NCBI GenBank assembly: GCA_009914755.4
Contig: CP068257.2
Coordinates: forward strand, 23,680,001-23,744,000
From: the human T2T-CHM13v2.0 reference genome, Homo sapiens
Direction of reading: 5' to 3'
DNA length: 64,000 bases
The notes below the pieces were generated by a model, which did no database searches, had not been told where the DNA came from, and saw only the letters and a program-made list of their open reading frames with translations. Below are positions 42,776-56,000 of this stretch, one piece after another (position 1 is the stretch's first letter; each line of letters starts with the position of its first letter). The position numbers and the translations under genes were made by a program.

Positions 42776-43149
42776 GAGGGATTTTTTTTTAAAGGTACCG
42801 GTATGCTTCTTCACCATGTCATTCTGGTGTCTATTGCTCTAGTAAGTTAGAACCATGGGAAAACGAAAGCATTAGTCCATAACTAATACTTGTCCATAGC
42901 AGAATTAGTATCTGCCAAACCCCAAAACCATCCTACTCAAATACAAGGTGTACACATAAAATTTGACAATATCTTTAAGAATCATTTGAAACATAATAAA
43001 ATAGAAACATTTTTGGTAAACATTTCAGGTTACATGTCTTTCTGTTTTTAAAAACTCTAAAAACGGGTCATAATTTCTATAGGTAGACGTTCTTTAATCA
43101 AATCAATCAATCCATTTTATTCAGATACCCTATATCTAGTACTAGTTCA

Positions 43150-43420
43150 GAAAATTCATTTTTCTTTATCAACAAATAAAAATTATATGTATATATTACG
43201 TACAACATGATGTTTTTCTACAGGTATATGTTGTGGGATGGCTAAATCAAGCTAATTAACATATCCATTACATCACATACTTATTTTTTGTGATGAGAAT
43301 ATGTAAAATCTACTCTTAGTAATTTTCAAGTATACGATATATAGTTATTTACTAAAATCACCATATTATACAAAGAATTTATACAGAAAATCTTTTGTAA
43401 ATAAATACTAACTCAATAAA
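43150..43420 (-). mobile_element. Old L1 (L1MA or L1PB-type) 3'-end fragment in minus orientation
   Basis: 'gtacaacatgatgtttttctacaggtatatgttgtgggatggctaaatcaagctaattaacatatccattacatcacatacttattttttgtgatgagaatatgtaaaatctactcttagtaattttcaagtatacgatatatagttatttactaaaatcaccatattatac' resembles the complement of the old L1 3' end ('...tgtacagcatggtgactatagttaacaat...tacttgaaatttgctaagagagtagat...ggtgatggatatgttaattagcttgattgtg...catcatgttgtac'). Confidence 0.45.
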
Positions 43421-45801
43421 TGCAATTAAGTGGCATACTTTTTGAAAATGTCTGACCAGTGAGGAAATAGATAAATAAAATGTGACATAGAATATAATAG
43501 ATTTCTTTAGGACAAGTAAAAAATAAAAATTTCATATCAAGATGGATATAATACAAAAGTATAAAATGTGGAGGAAGCATATTTCAGAATATGTGAAGAT
43601 ATGCTACAATTTGTATAAAATTTTAAATCATACCAACATCATATTTTATACTGCTCATGAATACTGTTTGCATTAAATAATAAAAAATAGAAAATAAAAC
43701 ATTAAATTTATGATAAAAGCTTTCTTTAAAAAAGGAGAAAAAATAAATTAAGGATGGCAGCTTAAGGGCACTTCAGATTTATCTGTAATATATTTTAGTA
43801 ATTTAAAACACATAATAAACTTTTTGTGGAAAACAAAATTCAGGTATAGTTTATGTTCATCAAGAAATGAAAATTATCGTTTAACAAATTTCTTCTTACA
43901 TTTCATCTTATACTTTTTTTAGGGACCATCTGTGATTATTTATGAACCAAAAGAAACAAAGTGTTTCATAAACTATACAGACAAAGTCTGCTTTTGGTCT
44001 ATATTTTTTTATGAGAACACCATGACTAATCTGACAGAATATGCAGTATAAGAAGTATTTTCTTATAGTTATTTCTACTATTCTTTTCTTTCTCATGAAA
44101 GGACTCACTGAAATTGTGCAGGATGGATGGAATCCCTGCCACTAAACTCCTACACATCAAAAACAAACGTGTAATTCAGTAAAATGGAAGCTGGTGAGTC
44201 TGTGCTTCCTGCCAACCCCAGGGAAGATCCAAGTTTCTTTTGTGATACTGTACAACTCACTGCTTCTTCAGGAGGTATCATCAACAGAGGTCTTGTGCAC
44301 TCTGAAAATAAGAATGCCAGCCCAGAGTCACAGCAGGCTTTTTCTTTCCAGAATTTCTACCTCAAGAACAGACTCATGAGGACCACAGCGGTCTTGGTAA
44401 GAGACCTCTTCTTTTGGAAAAAACTCATACCTTGGTTTTATACACTGTACTAGCCTCTCATGGGGTTCTGTTATCTACATCCCCTCTCAAAGGCTATCTT
44501 CCATTACATAGTTAACCCTGGACCCCGAGTCTAGACTGAACTGTGAGTCCTCAAATTTTGTTTTCATGTCCACCGATAAGCCCTATCTGTCTAGACTACA
44601 CAGCTATGAAATACTACAAAAATCTCAGTCAATTTCCAAATCTTGAACACAAATCTATTCCATGCAACTCATGTGTCATGCATATTTTACTGTATTCTTA
44701 TCCTCTGAAAGTTAGTTGTGTTTTAAAACACGTAGGAAAATTCTCTCTTAACCAAATTATTTTAGCAAAATATTATACACATATTTGCAAACATTGCACA
44801 CATTTATGCTGCTTAAACAGTGACTGACTAATAAGCAAGAACTAGAGTAGACTCTATCCAGCCAGCCAAACGCCAGCTCTCCCTAAGTGCTCTGCTTGTG
44901 GCTCTGTCCACCTTCTGACTCTGCTGTCTCTACTCTTTATCATACGTCTTCTAGTTTTCCGGAGAGAGATGTTCTAGATATGTACCTTCTGATTTAAGAA
45001 AAAAGCACCTCTATCTCTGGCCAATTGTAAAAATTGACAGCAATATATCATATCCATCATTGTTATAAAAATACTGTGTATATCAAAATATACTACTCCC
45101 CTTTGTTATGCTGATGATATCTGGTTGCCCTCTATAAAGGGACAAGGGTTTCTATAACCACAAGCCTGCTTCGCCACATGCCCCTCTTCCTTGAATAAGA
45201 AAGGTTCAGACCATGAGTCGACTAGACCCCAACACTCAGTTGTCCCAAGAGGCATGATTGAGGGTAGAAGGAATAGCAGAGACAGCATATGCACAACCAT
45301 TTTTAGAACTTTGGCAACAGGTAGTTTAGGTGAGCTTTTGAAAGGTGCATAGAGGCTCCCGCTCAGTCTTTCACCTGTGTCTCAGTATTATGAAGGCAAT
45401 TCTGTTTGGTTTGTGTTTTGTTTTGGCAGTGCTACAAAGGACCTCAACACTTCCAGCCAAGGCAGGACCCCTCTAATGAAAAAATATTTGTCCTGAGGGC
45501 CCCCCTTGGGGTGGCAGAGACACTGATGTGTCAGTTGAGATTTATGACAATGATGTAAAGCAGAGAAAAGACCATGCAGGGTTGGCTCACAAAACTGTTG
45601 GTGGAGTTGGGGGGAAAGGACAGGCCACTGGGCTGCTGCCATTGCTAGGAGTGGGAGAAAGATTCAATCGAGAACTTATTGAGTGCCTACTATGTGGCAG
45701 GAACTTAACGGAAGTGATCATCTCCTAGTTCTTATGGTCACTTTTTGAAATGGTTACTACTATCCATATTTTATGGATCAAATTTTCCAAATATTTATTC
45801 A

Positions 45802-46160
<359 letters not shown>

Positions 46161-48549
46161 GTGAGAACTAACAATAAAATTCCTAGCCCCCAAGGATGGA
46201 ATGAACCCCTCTCTTAGCCAATGGGACCCCAGGGAAATATTAAAAACTGAATTCCTAGCCATGATGGAATGGGAGTTCAAACATGTTTCATGATACCCTC
46301 CTTTTTGTGGTTTAGACATGAAAACTGACCAGCATTAACACTGAAACAGATCATAAGACTGATGGAACAGACTCTTTGTGGCAATAAGATACCAAATTAT
46401 AAAGACCTAACACCATACCAGGCAAGGGTTAAGTCACACACCCCTACACTTAAAGAATAAATTCTGTTCTAACTGCCACCAGATTTCTTTTTCCATAGTG
46501 GCTAAACGAGCATCGGCCTCAAGATAAGCAATATTAAAAACAATTATAGCTCATCCACCACCAGACGCAGACTAACTCCCTGTTCCACAAGCCGTAACTA
46601 TAGCTTTGATTGAACCAGAAGCTGATTTCAGTAACTTTCTTCTGATAAGAGGCCACTAACTATAGGATGGTTCTGGCCAGTTTACAGAGGCTGCATGCTA
46701 GAGTGCCTCGTTTTTTTCGCTTCACTTTTTTGACCCAATTGTAATGCATTTAAAGGTGAAGTCTCCACTCCCAACGTGAAATGGGACACATGTAACATGC
46801 ATGTTTATTCAATATGCATGCATCAGGATCTTCTTTGTAAATATTCATAGCTTCTCCTATAACTGTTGAATATATATGTGTAGCCAACCTGTTTAGCGTA
46901 AAGCTCCTGCCCCAACCCCCCCTCCTATGCAGTGCCTGTTAACAGTCTCTGCTGGAGGCTACACTTCCCAGCCTGGCAGGATGGCTACCCTGCAGTCTGT
47001 AACCCTTTATAAAAAATAAAGTCTCCTTTCCAAAGTACATAGGCAATTGAAGTAGAATATAATAAGTGATATGAAGTATAGAGAAAATGATCACCTGTCT
47101 AGCTGGAGGATTGAGAGTAGGCTTCTAAGATAACATCCAAACTGACTCTTGAAGCATAAGAAACCCATTTTACCTGGGATTATCCAGTTGAAAAACCAAG
47201 GCAGGGGCAGCCAGGAAACTCCATGTACAAATTAGAGAAAACAAAGTTTAAGTCTCAGTTTCCTTATAAAAGTTAGGACCAGGATTTAAACTCAGCTTTG
47301 ACTCCAAAGATTGTGTTTATTCTACTTCCACCAAAATTTAGAAAGGAAAATGGTAGTAGATGCATATACAACTGCCTCTCCATCCTTCACAGGTGTATCT
47401 AGAGCCAACTCTCACCACTGTGATTTTCCAGGACATGGTTTTCTTACCCTGTTGCTCCCATGAAGAACAAAATGCAGTTTGAACTAGTTGACAACAGTAA
47501 CATAGAGAGTTCTGAAGTACTTTTTTGACTGCCAAAGCTCCCCTGATGGGAGTTGGCAGCAGAAATACTTTCTGGGTTAGACAATTACTGGTAGTAAAGA
47601 ATCCCTGAAGGTTACACCTAACTCCAGTTATGCCATTACTTACACCGAATGTTGACCTACCCATGTATAATAGGCAGCAAAGAAATATTTTTTAGTTAGT
47701 GACTGAGAGCTCTTTTCATACAATATTATAGTTCTCATATTTTTAACAATTATTACTGATTGTTCTAATTTTAAATAGTTGTTTAAATTTCATAGAATAA
47801 AATATGTGTCACCTTGCCAGAATAACGAATATGGTTTTATGATTCAGTGTTTAGCTAATGCAAAATACCTCCTCGAGACTCACCCCAAATGTTTCAGGAA
47901 GGAATCCAAACAATTTTTATTAGGAAATGACAACATGTAACTAGAATGTAAAATTAAGGAACTTACAATAAAGCAAGCTTCAGTGCAATCACTTATTTCA
48001 GCAGTTGATGGATTCTATTAGCAGAGTCGTTTTGGCACTGGTTTCCAGGTGGAGCATGATTAATCATTACTCCTGCAAGGCACTCATTCATCATTACCCA
48101 AGTAAATAAATATTTTTACATCTTTAATTTTAATACCTAAATCAACCAGAAAGAAATTAGTCTATTTACTTGGGGGTGAGAGAACTCTGTAGAAATGAAG
48201 GTCTGTGTTGATTGACTAGGAAGGAATCCAGTACCACATCAGCAGCGTAGCCCAGGAATGGGAAGCAGAGATCACAGCTCTGACTCATGTTCGATATGAG
48301 GTGGCCCAGAGCTCCCAGTGTTTCTGAGGCTGACTCAGAACTCTGAGTAGGACTGTGGTGAGCCAACAGTCGCCATGGAATATGAACGAGACACATGGGT
48401 TTTGATGTGATGTGACCTCATGTGATGTGGTGTAGCTGGAAGGGCCTCCTGGCACAGTGCTGGGCCCAGACTTGGGGGTCAGGACCTGTCAGATGAATTA
48501 GCTTCTGAAAGAGTCAGCCATGCTGCCAGCAAACACTGTGGGTGGGCTT

Positions 48550-48633
48550 GGTATAGAGGATCGCCTGGTCAGTGGTTCTCAAACTCGAGCATGTCAGAAT
48601 GAACTGGTCTGCTGGTTAAAAATGCAGATTTCA
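48550..48633 (+). mobile_element. Fragment of the same ancient MER-type repeat family as at 16795-16965, truncated by the downstream Alu insertion
   Basis: 'tcagtggttctcaaactcgagcatgtcagaatgaactggtctgctggttaaaaatgcagatttc' resembles '...cagtggttctcaaac...cttgttaaaa(a)tgcagattc...'. Confidence 0.3.
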
Positions 48634-48925
48634 GACCAGGTGCAGTGGTTCACATCTGTACTCTCAGCACTTTGGGAGGCCGAGGCAGGTGGATCACTTG
48701 AGGCCAGGAGTAAGAGACCAGCCTGGGCAGCATAGTGAGACCCTGTCTGAACAAAAAAATTTAAAATAAATTAGCTGGGTATGGTGGTGCTTGCCTATAG
48801 TTCTAGCTACTTGGGAGACTGAGGCAGGAGGACCACTTGAACCTACGAATGAGGCATTACAATGAGCCGTAATCACACTACTGAACTGTAGCCTGGGTGA
48901 GAGTGAGAACATGTCTCAAAAAGAA
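48634..48925 (+). mobile_element. Older Alu (AluJ or AluS-like, diverged)
   Basis: Starts 'gaccaggtgcagtggttcacatctgtactctcagcactttgggaggccgaggcaggtggatcacttgaggccaggagtaagagaccagcctgggcagcatagtgagaccctgtctgaac' and ends 'ctgaactgtagcctgggtgagagtgagaacatgtctcaaaaag'. It has many mismatches to the consensus. Confidence 0.85.
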
Positions 48926-50404
48926 ATGAAGATTCTCTGGCCCAATCCCAGAAGTTCAGATTCAGTAAGATAGGGATGGAACTCAGAAATGCGCATTTTT
49001 AAAACTTACAGTGTAGGTTTCTGATGAGAAAGCATAGTCTAGGAGGTAATGAAATAAATAAGATAAATACCTTAAATTCTACCTGGCAGGATGAACAATA
49101 ATATATAAAATCCAACAAATAAGGTTTCATGGCATAAGTACAAAGAAAGAAATTTGCCATTACCACCCTCTCACTCTGGCTACACTATAGGTAAGTGTAA
49201 GCGCCTCATATGTTGTTTCCAATTTTCAGAGGCTATTAAGAAATTACTAATAAGATCTTACATTTATATTTTAATTCAAAAATTTTCATTTACTTTAATA
49301 TACCAGTTGAGTGCATAACAGGCAGTTCTCTTGTAGTGGAAAAGGTATCATATCAGATACTAAAGGAAAAAAACTGAATTCAAATCACAATTTCATTTCT
49401 GGCTAAATTTATCATATTGATATGTGATAAAGCAACTCAATTTCTTTGACTTAAATCTTGGAATAATATTACCTGTGGAGAATGATCGTTATAAGAATTA
49501 AGTGAAAAGCGTATAAAAGCTCTGATGATCGTACCTGGTATATAGAGAAATCTCTGAAATTTTTTTGTCTAGATGGATGAATGAACAAACACACACTTGA
49601 GTGGATGAGAAACTTTTTTGAAATTAAGTGAATGATGAAAATATTGGCAAACATGACATGTTAGCTTTCAATTTAGTGGCAAACATGATGAATTCTTTAA
49701 TTATTTTAATTACCAATTACTTCCTTGTCTCAGTGTATTTTTACCCACTAGAATCACAAGTGACATCATTCCTTATTTTTATCCTGCTTTGCTTTGATTT
49801 CTTACATAGCCTTGATGTAAATCATTTAAAAATCCCATTTAAACCACAGACCAGCAGAGCCTGGCAGCCTTTGGATTTAGTGCTGTTGAACCATACAGGA
49901 AAACTAATTTGTTCCTTTGGTTTTCATTTTGTGCATCCTTCCCATCTTATTCACTACTTTTATTAATTTCTAGAGCATGGTCTGTGAGTAGCTCCACAGA
50001 AGTTCGCAATTACGTGGAGCTGTCTTCCATGTTAACTCTTCAAATGGCTTCATTTATAGGCACAGCTGTCTCATCTCGACTTCACTGGGAGAGAGGCAGA
50101 ACTAGCATTTCCTGTCTCACAGCCCATTTATTTTCAGACACGTGTTGCAGCATACATTAAGTTCAATTTCTGTGGAGCTGTTATCAAGGTATAGAACCAT
50201 GCACAGTTGGATGGCACCATTCCCTCCAAAAGGGACAAGAACGAATAATGTAGAAGAAATGGACAGACATAGGAAAAGGTAAATTTTCCAATCACTGACA
50301 TCCAGCACATGCTGTGGAAAAGAACAGGCTGTGTGAATTAGAGGTGGATGGCACTTGTGTATTTATAAACAATTTCACACACATCATTTGATAGTCTATG
50401 CTAT

Positions 50405-50535
50405 GACATAGGTATTATCATAGTCCTTATTTTAGAGATGAGAAAATGGAAGCACAACAGGGTTGTGTAAATTGCTCAAAGTCACACAGTTGGCAAACTG
50501 CATAGCAGAAATTGGAAATCACTTTTATCTAACAC
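50405..50535 (-). mobile_element. MIR SINE fragment in minus orientation
   Basis: 'ttatcatagtccttattttagagatgagaaaatggaagcacaacagggttgtgtaaattgctcaaagtcacacagttggcaaactgcatagcagaaattggaaatcac' matches the reverse complement of the MIR core ('ttatccccattttacagatgaggaaactgaggcacagagaggttaagtaacttgcccaaggtcacacagctagtaagtggcagagccagga'). Confidence 0.5.
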
Positions 50536-50687
50536 CAAATCCGAGATTTCTTCCAAAATGATCGTATTTCTCCATATTCAGATGTGACTCTAGGGTTAGC
50601 AGAATCCTTAGGTAGAAGGGAAGGGGAGGCATATCCAAGACAAATGCAGTTTTTCAAAGTCAACCTGCATAATCTGATTTAAACAAA

Positions 50688-50698
50688 CCCCCCCCCCC
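50688..50698. repeat. Poly-C homopolymer: 11 consecutive C
   Basis: 'aaacaaacccccccccccgcccatc'. Confidence 0.9.
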
Positions 50699-51430
50699 GC
50701 CCATCACATTATGCTCAAAGGCATTCTGTGGGTCTTACCTTCTTAATTTATTGCTAGTCGGTAACCACAGGAGATTCACTTTTTCAGATGCTCACTGTTA
50801 CCTTCTTTCTTTTGTCACAGTCAACTGACACTACCAAAGCCGTCAGTATTGGGGGATCATTGGCTTTAGCCTTACTTGGTTGAATTCCTTTGTACCTGAA
50901 GGGTCTGAAGTTCATTAGGTTGCAGCAATTGCTTTTTACAGAGGCATTGTTTCACACAATTGAAATTTTACTTAGTACATAATAGCATTTGCCTAAGTAA
51001 ACTTTGAATAATCTCTAGTTCAAAGAATTCTACAGTTAAAATGCCCACACACACAACCCTCCCTCTTAAAATGGCTGGAATAGGTTCATTATTATATTTT
51101 AGTGCATGCAAACAACAGTTAAATGCCAAAATAGAAACATGTTCACCCAAAGGATGACATGCCCTGCATTCTTGTGTAAATCTCAAAGGATCTTGTTTAC
51201 CTTCTTTTTTTGTGGTCTAGAAAGGTCCTTATATAAGTGAACTACAGACTTCTCTGTCCTCAGCTGAGACTCCTTTACTGAATGTTTGATTAAGCACCTT
51301 AAATACATTTTCCAGGTTCAAGAAACTGCTGAACACACCAGGTATAATGAGCTCAAGCATTGTGGGATCAAGATGAAACCTCAAACACATGGGAAATGCA
51401 ACTAATGCTGACATCTGTAGCAAAGGAAAT

Positions 51431-51724
51431 TCCTCCTGCTCCCCACCCCTCCTCCTCCTCCTCCCCCTCCTCCTCCCCCTCTCCCACCCCTCCTCCTCTC
51501 CCCACCCCTCCTCCTCCTCCTCCCACTCCTCCCCCTTCTCCTCCCCCTCCCTTCCTCCTCCTCCTCCCCATCCTCTTCCTACTCCCCCTCCCCTCCCCTC
51601 CTCCTCCTCCTCCTCTTCCCACTCCTTCTCCTCCCCCTCCCATTCCCCCTCCTCCTCCTCCTTCCCCTCCCCTTTCCCCTCCCCCTCCTTCCCCTCCCCT
51701 TTCCCCTCCCCCTCCTCTCCTCAC
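51431..51724. repeat. Homopyrimidine/homopurine tract of about 294 bp (CT-rich: CCTCCT, CCCCT and CCCCTCCCCTTT motifs) with only a handful of purine interruptions
   Basis: 'tcctcctgctccccacccctcctcctcctcctccccctcctcctccccctctcccacccctcctcctctcccc...ccccctccttcccctcccctttcccctccccctccttcccctcccctttcccctccccctcctctcctcac'. Both overlapping ORF pairs on either strand are poly-Pro/Ser or poly-Gly/Glu translation artefacts. Confidence 0.95.
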
Positions 51725-52815
51725 ACTACTACCTATGCCCAGAGTGGAGGATGCATTTTGGGACCTCTCACTTCCAGCCTCTCTCCCCACCCACTTCTGC
51801 TCCTCACCCACCACTTCTTAACTCCTCCACAAGAAAGAAGTTGCTGGTTGTCAGAAATGGAGATGATCGTAGGCACATTATACTAAGTACCTTAAGGAGT
51901 ATCCACGAGAGCTCTCTGCTTTTTCCCCCTACTTTTAAGCAGACCCAGGCAAATCTGACTTTCCAGAATTCATTCTGTCTCTGTCAATCTCTTCCCTTTC
52001 TTTCCTTGTGAGCACGCAATCGAACACAGTAGTTCCTACTTACGTTCAAGGGGTACGTTCCAAACCCCTAAGCTTGAAACCACAGATAGCACAAACCTTG
52101 TATGCGTGATGCTTTTTCCTGTACGTATATATCTACAAAAATGTTTATTTTATAAATTAGGCACAATAAGAGTTTAACAACAATAACTAATAATCAATTA
52201 TAACAACATGCCAGCCTCACTACTCTTGGCTTTGGGACCATTACGATGTAAAATAAGGGTTACTTGAACACCAGCACTGCAATATCCCCGCAGCTGATCT
52301 GGTAACCTAGAAGGCTACCAGGTGACTCACAGATGGGGAGCATGTTCAGCGTGGATCACCAGGAAAAAGGGGTGATGCCGGCCCCGGGCAAGGTGCAGTG
52401 AGACGGCACAAGATTTCATCACGCTACTCAGAGTGGCACACAATTTAAAACTTAGGAATTGTTTATTTCTGGAATTTTCCATTTAATATTTTTGGACATC
52501 CATTAACCATAGGTAACTGAAACCGCAGAAAGCAAAACTTCAGATTGGGAGCTCCTACTGTAGTATTAGATCCAGAAGAAAAGAAGTCCTTTCTTTGACT
52601 TAGCTAATGAGCCTGTATTGAGAGCGAGTAATAAATTGTCACTTTCTTCTCCTTTTCTCACCACTAATCCTTCAGTTACCTATTTAATACAACACCCGTC
52701 AGGGAGAAATTCTAAGTGGTAAAGTTGTTTCCACTCATTCCTGAGACTTCAGTTAGTACCTTTAAAATATACACAAACCTTCCAATCTTCAGTATAATTA
52801 CTATACTTGATTCTA

Positions 52816-52840
52816 TTCAATCAATCAATCAATCAATCAC
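52816..52840. repeat. (TCAA)n microsatellite, about 6 units
   Basis: 'ttcaatcaatcaatcaatcaatcac'. Confidence 0.9.
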
Positions 52841-53035
52841 TGGGCCAACTGCTAATTGTAAAACCCCAAAATGAAGGAAAATGAATATATCATGGGAGTT
52901 CACTAAGAGATATTGAAGGCAAATTCACATGCATCCTGTGAATGGCCTTTTAATTTCAATATTTCCACATTCCTTTTATTGAGTGGGTATTACCTACGTC
53001 ATCACTTCTTCAATAATTTTTTTAATTTTCATTCA

Positions 53036-56000
53036 TATTTTTTATTTTTATTTTTTATTTTGGGGGTACATGTGATAATTTAATACATTCATATAATTTG
53101 TAAAAATCAAATAGTGTAATTGGGATATCTATCATGTTAAGTATTTGTCTTTTCTTTATGCTAGAAACATTCATTCTCTTCTAGTTATTTTGAAACCTAC
53201 GGTAGATTATTGTAATCTGTAGTCACCCTACTGACCTATCAAATGCTAGATCTTATGTTTAATCAGACTGTATATTTGTATTCATTTAAAAAACCTCTCT
53301 TCATCTCCCCATTTCCCCTACCCTTCCTTCTTGACCTCTGATAACCATAAATGTCATATATGGCCTTTATTATTTTGAGGTATGTTCCTTCTATATCCAG
53401 TTTGTTGGGAGTTTTTATCATAAAGGAATTTTGAATTTTATTGAATGCATTTTCAGCATCAATTGAGATGATTATATGGTTTCGTTCTTGATTCTGTGAG
53501 TGTGATGTATCACATTTATTGATTTGCATATGTTGAACCGTCCTTGCACCCTGAAATTAATTCCACCTGACCATGGTGAATGATCTTTTTAATATGCTAT
53601 TGAATTCAGTCTGCTAGTATTTTGTTGATGATGTTTATATCTATGTTCACCAGTGCCACTGGCCAGCAGTTTCCTTTTTTGTTTTTCTTTGTCTGGTTTT
53701 GGTATGAGGGGAATGCTGACCTCATAGAATGAGTTTGGAAGTATTTCTTCCTCTTCCATTTTTTTGAAGAATTTGAGTAGAATTGGTATTAGTCCTTCTT
53801 TAAATATTTTGTAAATTTTAGGAGTGAAGCCCTCAGGTCCTGGACTTTTCCTTGAGGGGAGACTTTTTATTACAGCTTCAATCTTGTTACTCATTGTTGG
53901 TTTGTTTAAGTTTTCTATTTCTTCATGGTTCAATCTTGGTAAGAGGTATGTGTACAGGAATTATTTATTTCCTCTAGGTTTTACAATTTATTGGTGTATA
54001 GTTGTTCATAATATTCCTCTAATGATTCTTTGTGTTTATATCATCTCATTTATAATGTCTCCTTTATCATTTCTGATTTGAATTCTTTGAGTGTTCACTC
54101 TTTTTTTCCTTAGTCTAGCTAAAGGTATGTCAATTTTGTTTATCTTTCTAAAGAATCAACTTTTCATTTCACTGATCTTATTTTTTTCTCAATTTTATTT
54201 ATTTATGTTCTAATCTTTATCAGTTCTTTCCTTCTACTAATTTGGGGTTTGGTTTATTCTTACTCTTCTAGTTCCTTGACACGAATTATTGGCTTGTTTA
54301 TTTGAAGTCTTTCTACTTTTTTGATATCGGTGTTTATTGATTTAAGCTCTTCTTTTAGTACTGCTTTTGTTATATCTCATAGGTTTTGGTATGTTGTATT
54401 TTCATTTTTGTTTGTTTAGGGAAATTTTTTAAATTTTCTTCTTAATTTATTGACTTGGTCATTCATAAGCATGTTGTTTAATTTCCATATGTCTGTATGT
54501 TTTCTGAGGTTCTTCTTGTTATTGATTTCTTGATTAGCTCAATTGTGGATAGATAAGATAATTGATAAGATTTCTGCCTTTTTAAATTTGTTGGGACTTG
54601 TTTTGTGGCCTAAGATATGGTATATTCTGGTGAATGTTTCATGTGCTGATGAAAACAATGTGTATTCTGCAGCAGATGGGTGAAATGTTTTATAAATGTC
54701 AGGCCCCTTGGTCTAGTGTGTAGTTTAACTCCACATGTGCTTGTTGATTTCTGTCTAGATAATTCTGTCCATTACTGAGAGTGGAGTGTTCAAATTTTCT
54801 ACTATTATTGTATTGTAATCTATGACTCACTTTAGATTTATTAACATTTGCTTTACATACTTAGGAACTCCAATATTGGGTACATAGATATTTATAATTG
54901 TTATATCCTTTTGCTTAACTGACACCTTTATCATTACATAGTGACCTTCTTTGTCTCTTTTTACAGTCTTTAATTGTGGTCTATTTTATCCAATATAAGT
55001 ACAGCTACTTGCTTTTTTGGTTTCCAGTTACATGAAATATCTTTTTCTATCCCTTTACTTTCAATCTATGTGTGTCTTCATAGGTGTGGTGAGTTTCTTG
55101 TAGGCAACATATATGTGGGCCCTGTTTCCTTATTATTCAGCCACTCTATGCCTTTTAATTTGGGAATTGAGTCCATTGACATTCAGTGTTATTTTTTGTA
55201 AACAAAGACTTACTGTTGCCATTTCTTGCTTTTTTTCTGTTTGTTTTGAGATTTCTCTCTCTCTTTCCATGTTTCATAATGTCTTCCTTTGTGGTTAAGT
55301 GATTTCCTTTTCCTCTGGTAGTATGCTTTATTTTGTTGCCTTTTTTTTTCAGTGAATCTACTATAGGTGTCTGCATTATGGTTACCATGAGGCTTGCCAA
55401 TAACATCTTATAGATATAACAAGTTATTTTTAAAAGATGACAACTTAAATCATAAAGAAAAGAATGGAAAAAAAGAAAAATAAAAAAAATTGTGCATTTT
55501 TTAAACTCAACCCTCCCATATTTTTAGTTTTGTTGGCTTTATTTACCCACCTTTATGTTACCTACCTTTTAACAGGTTGCTATAGCTATTATTGTTTTTG
55601 ACAGATTTGTCTTTTGGGCTTCATACTAAACTTATGAGTGAGTTGCACACCACAATTACAATATTTGATGATCCTGGGTTTGTCTGTGGACTAGTTTAAC
55701 CAGTGGGTTTTATACTTTTTGAAAAGTTTTCTTCTGCACATTAGTGTATTTTTCTTTCAGATCGAAGAACACATTTTACCATTTCTTGTAAGATGGGTAT
55801 GCTGGTGACACATTCTCTCGGCTTTTGTTTGTCTGGGAAAGACTTTATCTCTCCTTTATATTTGAAGGATAGTTTTGTGGATACAGTATTCTTGGGTGAC
55901 AGGATGTTTTTCTTTCAGCACTTTGAAAATGTTGTTCTATTAACGTTCTTCACAGAACTAGAAAAAATTACTTTAAAATTCATATGGAACAAAAAAAAAA

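Noticed and set aside
51360-51886. Four overlapping 148-165-aa ORFs on both strands (proline/serine-rich and glycine/glutamate-rich)
   Set aside because: They lie entirely within the homopyrimidine simple repeat. Low-complexity sequence lacking stop codons produces such ORFs, and they are not genes.
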